Part shown: positions 10,765 to 20,293 of the stretch, one piece after another
Layout of the letters: each line of letters begins with the position of its first letter
Numbering within the stretch: the first letter of the stretch is position 1
Assembly (NCBI GenBank): GCA_963850905.1
Contig: CAWKMU010000003.1
Location: 1,408,001 to 1,472,000, forward strand
Direction of reading: 5' to 3'
DNA: 64,000 nt
DNA from: an uncultured Gemmatimonadales bacterium
GTDB lineage: Bacteria > Gemmatimonadota > Gemmatimonadetes > Gemmatimonadales > Gemmatimonadaceae
Position numbers and translations under genes: made by a program
The notes under the pieces: generated by a model
Database searches by the model: none
The model's input: only the letters and a program-made list of their open reading frames with translations
Told to the model about the DNA's origin: nothing

Positions 10765-11411
10765 GCAGAGCCGGGCGCGGTGGCTCCGACCGGAGCCACC
10801 GCGTGGAAGAAGAAGTCCGTCAACTGCTCAAAAAGCTCCTCGTCGGTGGTCGGAGGAGTGGGGGCGCACACGCCCGAGCTGACCCAGAGCGCGTGCATGG
10901 CAAACATCGACGCCATCATGCGGCCCGCTACGTGGGGATCGATGGGCCGGAACTCGCCAGACTCGATGCCGCGTCGAAAGAGCCGGTCGAGGAACTGCCG
11001 CTTGCGGCTCACCACTTCGTCCCAGTAGAAGGCCATCAACTCGGGGAACCGGTGGAGCTCGGCAATCACCAGCCGCATGACGACCTGGTAGGCCGGGGAC
11101 CGCGTCAGTGACCACAGCCCCTGCATGTAGTCGCGGAGCTGGTCGGTCGCGCTGGCGCCGCGGTCGGCGACGAAGTCTCGTTCCGAGCGTTCGAGGTGGG
11201 CGATGACCGTTTGGCGGATCATCTCCTTGAATAGCGCTTCCTTGTTGGGGAAGTAGAGGTAGATGGTGCCTTTGGCGACGCCTGCGCGCTTGGCGATATC
11301 CTCCAGCCGAGCCCCGGCGAGCCCGTGTTCGCCGAACACTTCGAAGGCTGCCTCGAGGATCTGCTGGGGCCGTTCCTCGGGCAGCCGCCTCCATTTGACG
11401 GCGTTCCCCAT
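10761..11411 (-). CDS. TetR/AcrR-family transcriptional regulator
   Basis: HTH 'ILEAAFEVFGEHGLAGARLEDIAKRAGVAKGTIYLYFPNKEALF'. Confidence 0.95.
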   Translation of the reverse strand: MGNAVKWRRLPEERPQQILEAAFEVFGEHGLAGARLEDIAKRAGVAKGTIYLYFPNKEALFKEMIRQTVIAHLERSERDFVADRGASATDQLRDYMQGLWSLTRSPAYQVVMRLVIAELHRFPELMAFYWDEVVSRKRQFLDRLFRRGIESGEFRPIDPHVAGRMMASMFAMHALWVSSGVCAPTPPTTDEELFEQLTDFFFHAVAPVGATAPGSA

Positions 11412-11423
11412 GCCCGACAACTT

Positions 11424-11437
11424 ACTGACCGGTCAGT
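11424..11437. promoter_or_regulatory. Probable TetR operator
   Basis: Perfect 14-bp palindrome ACTGACCGGTCAGT 13 bp upstream of the tetR ATG. Confidence 0.7.
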
Positions 11438-11490
11438 CAGGAAGCAACCGGGGGCCTGGGGCCCCAAACCCCAGACCCCGCGTCTCTGCC

Positions 11491-11667
11491 CTACTTCGTG
11501 GTCTCCGCTGCCGTCGCGCCCTCGGCGTGCTCGTAGTGGGCGTTGGTGAGCTTCACGATCCCCACGAGGACGAGGGCGAGGATAATGGCGCCCACGATGA
11601 GCCCGCGGAACGCGGGGGCGGTGTCGGGACCGCTGTGCGGGGGATACTGGTCGGTGTGGTCCGTCAT
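11491..11667 (-). CDS. Small single-TM membrane protein (58 aa), missing from the ORF track
   Basis: Read by hand: [62 protein letters not shown] overlap with the PPIase stop; GC3-rich codons. Confidence 0.75.
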   Translation of the reverse strand: MTDHTDQYPPHSGPDTAPAFRGLIVGAIILALVLVGIVKLTNAHYEHAEGATAAETTK

Positions 11668-12125
11668 GCGACGCGAACGCTGGTCATAGAGTCCTGTGCT
11701 TTGATTTGCTTCATCACGTCGAGGCCCGCCGAGATCTTGCCAAACACCGTATGTACTCCGTTCAGATGCTTGGTGTTGGCCTCGCTGAGAACCATGAAGA
11801 ATTGGCTGCCGCCGGTGTCCTTCCCGGCGTGCGCCATTGAGAGTGCTCCGATTTCGTGAGTGCGTCGATTGCCCTTCGTTTCACATTTGATCGTGTAGCC
11901 CGGACCACCCGTACCGACCCGCCGATCACCTGGAGGTAAATCACGCGACAGCGGATCACCCCCCTGTACCACAAAGTCGGGGATCACACGGTGAAACTTG
12001 ACGCCGTCGTAGAACCCCGAGTTCGCCAGGCGCTCGAAGTTCGCCACGGTCTGCGGCGCGTCGGCGTCGTACAACTCGGCGACAATAGTGCCGCGGTTCG
12101 TCTCGATTGTGGCGTGTTTGGTCAT
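11664..12125 (-). CDS. ppiB: Cyclophilin-type peptidyl-prolyl cis-trans isomerase
   Basis: [46 protein letters not shown]. Confidence 0.95.
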   Translation of the reverse strand: MTKHATIETNRGTIVAELYDADAPQTVANFERLANSGFYDGVKFHRVIPDFVVQGGDPLSRDLPPGDRRVGTGGPGYTIKCETKGNRRTHEIGALSMAHAGKDTGGSQFFMVLSEANTKHLNGVHTVFGKISAGLDVMKQIKAQDSMTSVRVA

Positions 12126-12185
12126 GCGCTGGAAGGTTAGCGACGAAGGAGGGTGAAAAGAAGTCGGGCGACGACCCCAAGCTGC

Positions 12186-12893
12186 CTATGCTCGCCGGCT
12201 CCGCTTGACCTTGGTCAGCTTCTGTCCGGTCGGACAGATGTCGAGCAGTACGCAGCGTGTGCACGCGGGAGCGCGTGCGCTGCAGACACGGCGCCCGTGG
12301 AAAATCAGCAAATGGGAGATAATGGTCCAATCGTCCTGTGGAATGAGGCGCATCAATACCTGCTCGACCTTGACGGGATCGGTCTCCTTGGTAAGGCCAA
12401 GCCGGACCGCCAAGCGGCCCACGTGCGTGTCTACGACGATCCCATCGTTACGATGACACGCGTTCCCGAGCACGACGTTGGCCGTCTTGCGCCCGACCCC
12501 GGGGAGCGTCACCAGCGCGTCCATCGAGCAGGGCACGTTGCCCCCGAATCGCTCGACCAGCGCGCGAGACATCCCCCTCAGGCTCCGCGCCTTGGAGCGA
12601 AAGAACCCCGTGCTCCGGATGATCGTCTCGAGCTCGTTGGTGTCGGCACTCGCCAATGCCTCGGCATCCGGATAGCGCGCGAACAGCGCCGGAGTCACCA
12701 TGTTGACCCGTACATCCGTCGTCTGCGCGCTGAGAATCGTGGCGACCAGCAGTTCGAACGGCGTGCGGTATCGGAGCTCGGTGCGCGCGTCGGGATACTC
12801 TCGTCGGAGTCGCTCGAGGACCTCGAGTGCCACGCGCCGGAGCGCCGCGTCGGAACGCGGCGGGCGCGATCCGCGCGGACGGCTCGTGGTCAC
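12186..12893 (-). CDS. nth: Endonuclease III
   Basis: [13 protein letters not shown], Hh[18 protein letters not shown], and 4Fe-4S motif [18 protein letters not shown]. Confidence 0.97.
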   Translation of the reverse strand: MTTSRPRGSRPPRSDAALRRVALEVLERLRREYPDARTELRYRTPFELLVATILSAQTTDVRVNMVTPALFARYPDAEALASADTNELETIIRSTGFFRSKARSLRGMSRALVERFGGNVPCSMDALVTLPGVGRKTANVVLGNACHRNDGIVVDTHVGRLAVRLGLTKETDPVKVEQVLMRLIPQDDWTIISHLLIFHGRRVCSARAPACTRCVLLDICPTGQKLTKVKRSRRA

Positions 12894-13387
12894 CGCTCTG
12901 CCTCGGGCTCCGGCGTCTGGACCCCGGCGTGGTGCCGCAGCGTCCCAATGAGCTCGTAGAGCTGCTTTTCGGTCAACTCGATCTCCTGGGCTGCCCCATC
13001 AGCGTCCAACAATCCCGCACGCATCGAGATTGCGACCTGGTTCATGTACCGCACCTTCGCCAGGATGTCTTCCGTGACGCGTCGCAAGCGGTGATACCGC
13101 CGTTTCTCGGCCACACCGCGGTGATAGCGACGCACCAGATCGTCCGCCCGGAGGCGCATCGCCATCGCGAGCACGTCGGCCACGGAACGCCCCGGCAACG
13201 CACCGCGATCGGGAAAGCCGGTGTCCTCGTCCCATGCGTCATCCGCAAACCACAGTCGTCCGACGTACTCGACGCCATCGAAAAACGTGTGCAACGTAAC
13301 CCGAAAGCGCCGACCGTCGACATCGATCGTGCCAACGGACATCGACTCCGGGTGGCGACTGTCGCGACGGCGCGCAGGCCGGCTCAT
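12890..13387 (-). CDS. Hypothetical protein
   Basis: 165 aa, overlaps both neighbours by 4 nt, protein-like composition ([11 protein letters not shown]). Confidence 0.75.
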   Translation of the reverse strand: MSRPARRRDSRHPESMSVGTIDVDGRRFRVTLHTFFDGVEYVGRLWFADDAWDEDTGFPDRGALPGRSVADVLAMAMRLRADDLVRRYHRGVAEKRRYHRLRRVTEDILAKVRYMNQVAISMRAGLLDADGAAQEIELTEKQLYELIGTLRHHAGVQTPEPEAER

Positions 13388-14328
13388 GACCGACTGGCAG
13401 GGGATGACCGGCCGCTCGCGCCCGGTTCGGGCGCCATCGGCTGGATCGGGCCAAGAAACCGTTCGAGCGTCGTGAAGAGGACCTCCGGTCGCTCGACGTA
13501 CGGCACATGGCCGCTGCCCTCGATCACCACGAGCTCTCCACCGAGCGCTTCGGCCACCGCCGTCGACGAGGCGAGGGGAATTGGGTCTTCGCGCCCATGC
13601 ACCACGAGGGCGGGCACCCCCAATCGCGCACGCAGACGAGCGAGCGCCGGCAGCAGGTCGTAGTCATTGAGACTTTCCCAGACGGTGCGCTGGACACGCC
13701 CCACAACGCGAAAGGGCGTCAATTGGGTCACCCGCGCCGGGTCGGCGAAATACCCGGCGACGCTCAACTCGAAGGCCCGCTGCCGGTACGCCGCCGGATC
13801 CGATTCGCGCAGGCCCGAGGCCGCGAGCGAGGCGCGGTCAGCGCGCATCGTCTCGCTCTCACCGCGACGCTTGAACTCCGCCTCGAAGGCGGCCCGATAC
13901 TCGCGCGTCACTGCAGCCGGATCGATGAGCGCCAGGCGCCCCGGCGGTCGCAAGGTCGAATCGGTCAGAGACTCAGTCGCATACAACATCGCCAGCAGCC
14001 CACCCCACGAATACCCGACGATCGGCGGAAGCGCGAGTCCGAATTCACGCACCACGGCGCCAAGGTCTGCCACCTGCGTCCGCCAGGTGACCACGTCGTG
14101 TGTGTCTGTACGCGACTTGCCGCCCCCCCGCTGATCGTAGAAGAGCAGGTCGTAGCGGTCGGCAAGCCGCAGCATTTGCGGCAGCAGATACCGATGGTCG
14201 GCGCCGGGCCCGCCGTGTAGCACGAGCACCCTGGGCGCCCCACGCGCGCCATAGGCAGCCCAGTACAGCGGCACCGGAGTGCTCTGCGTGTAGCCGCACT
14301 CGCGCGGGTCGGGGATCGCCAGCGGCAC
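13384..14328 (-). CDS. Alpha/beta hydrolase (proline iminopeptidase-like)
   Basis: LHGGPG, YDQRGGGKS, GYSWGG nucleophile elbow, HGREDP, SGHVP. Confidence 0.9.
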   Translation of the reverse strand: MPLAIPDPRECGYTQSTPVPLYWAAYGARGAPRVLVLHGGPGADHRYLLPQMLRLADRYDLLFYDQRGGGKSRTDTHDVVTWRTQVADLGAVVREFGLALPPIVGYSWGGLLAMLYATESLTDSTLRPPGRLALIDPAAVTREYRAAFEAEFKRRGESETMRADRASLAASGLRESDPAAYRQRAFELSVAGYFADPARVTQLTPFRVVGRVQRTVWESLNDYDLLPALARLRARLGVPALVVHGREDPIPLASSTAVAEALGGELVVIEGSGHVPYVERPEVLFTTLERFLGPIQPMAPEPGASGRSSPASRS

Positions 14329-14354
14329 GGGGGGAAAATACAGCGTCTAGCCCC

Positions 14355-17210
14355 TCAGCGCCCGAACCACCAGTCCAGCTTGATCAGGAAAATGTCGTCC
14401 GCCGGCGCGCGCGAGAGATACCCCTGGTCTCGGCCGAGGGCAAAATTTCCGACGTTGCCGTAGAGATTGTCGTCCGCGCGCATCTGTTGCCAGACGAAAT
14501 AGATGGTCGAGCCGGGGCGGTACTCCCAGCGCAGGACGGCGTTCCCACGGAGCGATCGCGTGTTGAAGTCCGGATTGGCGATCTCGAACGCACCCGGTGT
14601 GGCCCCTGCACCGCTGCAGACCGGCACCTCGGCGTTGGCGGGGCCGTTCGGATCGATGCAGTACGACCCGTCGCTTTGCTGGTGGATGCTCCCGATGTCG
14701 ACGCCGTACACGCTCTTGTGCAGCTGGCGCGGATGATCGAACTGCTTGAATGCGTAGTATCGTCCGCTCGCGAAGAACGGCTGCGCGTAGACGTCGAGCG
14801 TCAACGTCGGCGTGAACGCCAGCGAGATGCGCGTGTCCAGCGACAGCGTGACCTGGTCGATGTTGGCGAAGACGTAGCGCGTGTTATAGAACAGCGCGTA
14901 GCCGGGTGCGACGACTGATGTGTCGTACTGCTGATTGGTCCGCGTGAGATCGAGTGATGGGCCGAAGCTGAAGGAGACGTTCGAGGCCGGCTTCATCAGC
15001 GCGGTGATCCGTGGTGTGACCTCCTGCGTCGGTTCGTTCACCCCTACATTGCCCTCGACCTGGCCCTGCAACACGAACCAGCGTCTGGCATCGCTGTTGA
15101 CGCCGATCAGGGCATCCTGGTAGCCGTGCCGCTTGACGACGGGCCCACCCCGTGTGAGCTGGTCATCCATCACGGTCGGGTGATAGATGTAGAAGCCGTA
15201 CACGTTCCAGAAATTGAGGAACTGGAGGTTGAAGAACGTCTGGCCCTGCATGTCTGTTCGGTCGCCGTCGTAGTTATGCTGCATTTGGCCGCCCACACTC
15301 GTGAAGATGCTGCGATACCACGAGGTGGGCACGGTCCATTGCCGCCCGAGATTGGCGTTGTTCCAGACGTAATCGGCTCTGCGGAAATAGGCGAGATCGT
15401 TCACCTCGAAACCGGGACTTCGGGCATTGGTCGCGACTTCCCAGAGCCAGTTGCCGTTGTCCTTCCCCAACCGCAGGTAGCCCCCATAGCCGCGAAGCGA
15501 GGTCGCGTTCGAATCGAGCCGGGTGCTGAATAGTCCGCCACCGACATTGCGGCGATCCGGACGCTGGAAGTAGTGGGCGCTCGATTCCTGCGTCAACAGA
15601 ATGGACTGCGGCGTCCCGCCCACGTCGGTGATGACAAAGTTCCCCATGAGCGAGTAGTTCTTGGCCGACCAGGTGGTGACGAAATCGCCGCCCGCGGCCT
15701 CGGCGCTTTGATGCAGGCTGTCCGCCAGAATCGGGCTATCCAGATTGCGGTTGGTCGACGTCACCATGCCGCCTACGGTCGTCGCGCCCTCCCCCAGGTC
15801 GTGCTTGACGCGCGCGACGAAGTAGTTCGACAACGGCTCCATCGGCGCCGTATGAGGTGCGCTATCGATGGCCATAGTGTAGGCGCCGTTTTCCTGGCTC
15901 GTCACGGCGTCGAGCACACCGACCGTAAAGCCGCCCTGCGTGCGGCCCGTGATCTTCGCGGCCCCAATGATGTTCGTGTTCGTCGGGATGTTGCTGTACG
16001 CTGCCAGGTTGCCGTAGTAGTTGCCGAGCTCGGGGTACCGACCGATGCGCCGCGAGTAGAAGAGGGACATCGACTCGACGTTGCTGCAGAACATGCAGTT
16101 GAACCGCCCGAAATCGAAATCACCGGCTCCCGACACGAAGAACGGTCGCTTCTCCGGATAGAACGTTTCGAACGCACTCAGGTTCACGACAGCCGGATCG
16201 ACTTCGACCTCGCCGAAGTCGGGGTTGGCGGTCGCGTCGAGCGTCAGATTCGAGCCGAGCAAGTACCGGACGTCGCCACCCACACGCATTTGATTGGTGT
16301 GCACATGATTGAGCGGCGTGCCGAAGTTGGCGGCGTTGTCTTCGGTCTGGCCGGAGACGTACGGGAGGAGCTCGAACTCGCGCGGCGGCCGTCGCAGCAC
16401 GAGCCCGGTGAGGTGTCCGTAGGTCGCCGGCCCAGTGTCTTCGTTTTTCCGGGAGAATGCCCACTCATCGCGCTCGTTGTTGCGATCGATTCGCCGGAGG
16501 ATCTGGAGTCCCCACGTCTGCACAGTGTCGCGAGCCGCGAATCGGAGCTGTGAGAGGGGGATCCGCAACTCCGCTGTCCACCCCAGCGAGTCGACGCGAG
16601 TCGCCTCTTCCCAGACTGGGTCCCACGACGGGTCGAGATTGCTGCCACCTTCGCCCAGCGCGTCGCCAAACACGCCTGCCGGATTGACCTCGAATACGGC
16701 TCGTGTCAGGTGGTCGTGATAGGGATCGAGAATGATCGTGAGCTTGTCGGAGGTCAGTTGCGAGTTGTTCCCATTGTCCAGGTCCAACTGTTGATCGCGA
16801 CGCACCATTCTCGACCGGACACCTTTGGCACCCAACGAGTCGTACATGCGAGCGCCGATGTACAGTGCCGTCTCGTCGTACAGCACACGCACTTCGGTGC
16901 GCTCGGTGGCCGTCGCACCCTCCACGGGATCAGTCTGGCGAAACGCCGTGATGGGCGGCGCCGCGGCCCAGTCCGGTTCCTCGAGCCGGCCGTCGATGGT
17001 GATGGTACCCGTGCGCCGTACAGCTCGCGCCACGGGGGGAGGCGTGTGATGGATGGATTCCGACTGGGCGTGTGTCGCGCGTGCGGGGATCGCCCCGACA
17101 GCAGCTACGAGGCTCCAAGTGCTCGCGAGTCGCGTTGCCCTCGAGCGACAGAGCACGCGATGCGCGCATGATGCGAGGCGCGTCTCGATAGCTCGCGAGT
17201 GTCGACGCAA
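14355..17210 (-). CDS. CBM9-like/DUF5916 outer-membrane protein
   Basis: IDGRLEEPDW, WTAELRIPLSQLRF, NPDFGEVEVD, FETFYPEKRPFF, FYSRRIG, NAVLRWEYRPGS; aromatic C-terminus. Start uncertain. Confidence 0.85.
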   Translation of the reverse strand: MRRHSRAIETRLASCAHRVLCRSRATRLASTWSLVAAVGAIPARATHAQSESIHHTPPPVARAVRRTGTITIDGRLEEPDWAAAPPITAFRQTDPVEGATATERTEVRVLYDETALYIGARMYDSLGAKGVRSRMVRRDQQLDLDNGNNSQLTSDKLTIILDPYHDHLTRAVFEVNPAGVFGDALGEGGSNLDPSWDPVWEEATRVDSLGWTAELRIPLSQLRFAARDTVQTWGLQILRRIDRNNERDEWAFSRKNEDTGPATYGHLTGLVLRRPPREFELLPYVSGQTEDNAANFGTPLNHVHTNQMRVGGDVRYLLGSNLTLDATANPDFGEVEVDPAVVNLSAFETFYPEKRPFFVSGAGDFDFGRFNCMFCSNVESMSLFYSRRIGRYPELGNYYGNLAAYSNIPTNTNIIGAAKITGRTQGGFTVGVLDAVTSQENGAYTMAIDSAPHTAPMEPLSNYFVARVKHDLGEGATTVGGMVTSTNRNLDSPILADSLHQSAEAAGGDFVTTWSAKNYSLMGNFVITDVGGTPQSILLTQESSAHYFQRPDRRNVGGGLFSTRLDSNATSLRGYGGYLRLGKDNGNWLWEVATNARSPGFEVNDLAYFRRADYVWNNANLGRQWTVPTSWYRSIFTSVGGQMQHNYDGDRTDMQGQTFFNLQFLNFWNVYGFYIYHPTVMDDQLTRGGPVVKRHGYQDALIGVNSDARRWFVLQGQVEGNVGVNEPTQEVTPRITALMKPASNVSFSFGPSLDLTRTNQQYDTSVVAPGYALFYNTRYVFANIDQVTLSLDTRISLAFTPTLTLDVYAQPFFASGRYYAFKQFDHPRQLHKSVYGVDIGSIHQQSDGSYCIDPNGPANAEVPVCSGAGATPGAFEIANPDFNTRSLRGNAVLRWEYRPGSTIYFVWQQMRADDNLYGNVGNFALGRDQGYLSRAPADDIFLIKLDWWFGR

Positions 17211-17497
17211 TCACAACTCCGGAGCAGGGCACAGTCGGGCACGAGCGCGAGCAACGTCGACGACTTGGACTCCGCCAGACGGCGAAGGGTTTGATCCGAC
17301 GCCGGCGAGGACGTTGAGCGATCGAGCATCGCAAAGTGGGACAGTGGGGATGGGGCGGCCCGCGACGGTGACGGGACGCCCTGTTGCGGCAGCGGTGATC
17401 AACTCGTCGTCAAGCATTGGTGGCTCGCGGTCGGCTGCTGGCCTCGCGAGCCGCGCGTGATCACCGCTTTGCCTGCGTGAGCTGCCCGCTACCGTCT

Positions 17498-18952
17498 GTG
17501 GACTACGCCGTCGCGTTCGCTCGTCACCTTGCTCGACTGGTGTGGCTGCTGCTGAATCAGGCGGATTCGATCGACGAGCAGAAAGCCGCACTTCGCGCCG
17601 CCGTTACCCTGTCGAAGCAGGGACCGGTGGTCATGACCGTTCAGGACGGCCAACTGACGGTCAACGGAGCCGCATTGGCACCGGCACTGACCGGCGTGCA
17701 ACACCTGTTGGCGCAATTCCAGGGGCAGGCGGTCCGCGAGATGGCAATCGACGTGGGTGCGCTTGCCGCGGACGTGTTGGGCACGGCGCGCATTCTCGCG
17801 ACGGCTACGGTGATGGGTGACGAGGGACGCGATGTCGATGCGAAACTCCGGGCGCTTGCCCCGCGCTCCGTCCGCTTGACGTTCCGCCGGGCCCCCGCCG
17901 AGGTCGACCCCAACGTGGTCCGGGCCTTCACGAGCGTGGAAGTGCCGCAGGAGGGGTCGAACGAGTTGTTCGATCGACTGGACGCCACAACCTCCGTCGG
18001 GATCGCCTCTCGGCTACTCGATCAGGTCGTCGCTATGACGGAGGTGCAAGCAGGCCGGAACAAGACGGTGGCCATCGCCGATCTCATGGCCAAGGTTGTC
18101 GCACGCGAAGCGCAGCGCACGGACGCCGAGATGCGACGCGCATTTGCCGCCGCGATCCGACGACTTTCGAAACCCACGGCGCTGCGTGCGGTCGCCTCCG
18201 TGCTGCCGCGGCGGAAAGAGCGAATCGAAGAATTCCTGGCAGTCCTGGCCCGCACGGGGGATGAAGGCGCCGAGGCGCTGATCGAGCAGCTCACGGCGGC
18301 GCAGTCGTTGTCGGAGCGACGCGTGTTTTTCGACGCGCTCGTGCGACTCAAGGCTGGGACTCCGACCCTCGTGCACATGCTTGGAGACCCACGCTGGTAC
18401 GTGGCGCGCAATGCGGCGGACCTGCTTGGCGAGCTCAATGCCGTAGAGGCGGACGCGGCGCTGTCCGAGCTGCTGGCACACACGGACGATCGGGTGCGTC
18501 GCGCCGCGGCGCACGCGCTGGGCAAGCTGGGGACCGCGCATGCGGTGGTGGCGCTGCGGAAGGCACTCAAGGATTCTTCGTCCCACGTCCGGGCGCTCGC
18601 CGCCGCTGGCCTCGCCGTGCGCAAAGGCGCGCGATCGGCCGGGACCCTGGCGCGCGCCCTCGAGACCGAACCCGACCTCGAGGTACAGATTGCGATCCTC
18701 GGTGCGCTGGGGCGTGTCGCCAACGCCGAAGCGGTGCAGCGACTCGCCAAGGCAGCCGAACCTGCCGGGACGTTCAAGCGCAAACCGACGGCCTACCGCC
18801 TCGCTGCCATCCAGGGGCTTGGCGAAGCGCGCACGCCGGCGGCGATGACCGCGCTCCGCGCACTCGTTTCCGATCGCGATCGCGAGGTCCGCGAGGCTGC
18901 CGCCCGCGCAATTGCGCACGCCGATCGGCCGGAACCGACGACATTAACGTGA
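17498..18952 (+). CDS. HEAT-repeat protein
   Basis: 'DPRWYVARNAADLLG', 'DDRVRRAAAHALGKLG', 'DREVREAAARAI'. Start uncertain (17417 or 17498). Confidence 0.85.
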   Translation: MDYAVAFARHLARLVWLLLNQADSIDEQKAALRAAVTLSKQGPVVMTVQDGQLTVNGAALAPALTGVQHLLAQFQGQAVREMAIDVGALAADVLGTARILATATVMGDEGRDVDAKLRALAPRSVRLTFRRAPAEVDPNVVRAFTSVEVPQEGSNELFDRLDATTSVGIASRLLDQVVAMTEVQAGRNKTVAIADLMAKVVAREAQRTDAEMRRAFAAAIRRLSKPTALRAVASVLPRRKERIEEFLAVLARTGDEGAEALIEQLTAAQSLSERRVFFDALVRLKAGTPTLVHMLGDPRWYVARNAADLLGELNAVEADAALSELLAHTDDRVRRAAAHALGKLGTAHAVVALRKALKDSSSHVRALAAAGLAVRKGARSAGTLARALETEPDLEVQIAILGALGRVANAEAVQRLAKAAEPAGTFKRKPTAYRLAAIQGLGEARTPAAMTALRALVSDRDREVREAAARAIAHADRPEPTTLT

Positions 18953-18963
18953 AAGACTAGCGT

Positions 18964-20031
18964 CTACCTAGCAGTGAAATCCGTCTCCGCCGTGATCACT
19001 CTGCATGTCGCCGCAATCAACTCGGCTGCGCGATCGACGTCCTCGAGACTCACCATCTCATTGGGCGAGTGCATGTAGCGATTCGGGACGGACACGAGGG
19101 CGGTCGCGACGCCTTCGCGCGCGATGTGAATCGCGTCGGCGTCGGTGCTTGTGTCACGACCGGCTGCATGGAGCGTACAGGGCACGCCGATCCGCGCTGC
19201 GGTATCACGCAACAGGCCGAACAGCACCGGTGAGATGATGGAGCCGCGCGACAGGACAGGCCCGGTGCCAAGCTTGTGCTCGCCGATCTCCTTCTTCTCG
19301 ACGCCCGGATGGTCCGTCGCGAACGTCACGTCGACGACGATCGCGGCACGGGGCTGCACGCCAAACGCGCTGACCAATGCGCCGCCGCCGTGATAGGCGA
19401 TTTCTTCCTGCGTCGTCGCGACCGCAGCCACGCGCGCCACGCCGGGCGACTCGGCGTAGCGGCGCAGGGCTTCGAGGACCACGAAGGCACCAATGCGGTT
19501 GTCGATCGATCGCGAGATGAGGCGATGGTTGGGTAGATCGATGCTGCGCGCATCGACCACGGCCGGGTCACCCACACTCACGCGGGCCTCCGCCTCGGCG
19601 CGACCTGCGGCGCCGATGTCGATCCACAGGTCAGTGAGCTTCGAGGCCCGTTCGCGCTCGTCCGTCTTCATGAGGTGGATCGGCTTCTTCCCGATCAAGC
19701 CGAAGACGTCGTCACCCCGCGCGAGGATCCGCACCCGCTGTCCGACCAACACCTGCGGGTCCCATCCCCCGATCGGCGAGAAGTACAGATAGCCATCGTC
19801 ATCGACGTACGTGATGATAAGACCGATTTCGTCAATGTGGCCGGCAAGCATGATGGTCGGCGCACCCTGCGCGTTCACGGTCGCAATGCTGTTTCCCGCG
19901 ACATCGCCACGCACCTCGGCGAACGACCGTGCGCGCTCCCGCCAGAGTCGCGCCGGTGCGGCCTCGAAGCCGGAGGGACCGGGCGTATCGAGCAAGGTCT
20001 TGAGGAACGCGATGGAGTCTTGGCTGAGCAT
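18964..20031 (-). CDS. M42-family metallopeptidase
   Basis: PGPSGFE, AGHIDEIG, DNRIG, QEEI, VDVTFATD, RYMHSPNE. Confidence 0.95.
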   Translation of the reverse strand: MLSQDSIAFLKTLLDTPGPSGFEAAPARLWRERARSFAEVRGDVAGNSIATVNAQGAPTIMLAGHIDEIGLIITYVDDDGYLYFSPIGGWDPQVLVGQRVRILARGDDVFGLIGKKPIHLMKTDERERASKLTDLWIDIGAAGRAEAEARVSVGDPAVVDARSIDLPNHRLISRSIDNRIGAFVVLEALRRYAESPGVARVAAVATTQEEIAYHGGGALVSAFGVQPRAAIVVDVTFATDHPGVEKKEIGEHKLGTGPVLSRGSIISPVLFGLLRDTAARIGVPCTLHAAGRDTSTDADAIHIAREGVATALVSVPNRYMHSPNEMVSLEDVDRAAELIAATCRVITAETDFTAR

Positions 20032-20040
20032 GAACGGCGG

Positions 20041-20163
20041 GGACCAGGTATCAGGGGTCAGTGGTCAGGGGTCAGGGACTACAACTTATCGCGATTCGTG
20101 TTGGAGGCGTCGCCACGTTGTTCGCGGTGTCGTTCCCTGACCCCTGGCCCCTGATCCCTGACC
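20041..20163. repeat. Heptamer-periodic inverted repeat ((GGTCAGG)n ... (CCTGACC)n)
   Basis: Left arm 20041-20078 and right arm 20134-20163 are complementary. ACTACAAC follows the left arm. Confidence 0.8.
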
Positions 20164-20293
20164 GGATGCGGTTCGGCGCCAAGTAGTGATTCAGCGACCA
20201 ACCGCGCCCAGGATGTCGAACTTGGCCATTTACATGGGCTTGCGCATCCGATACGCTTTTGTTTCCCATCTCAACGTTCAGGGAGGATCGGTC

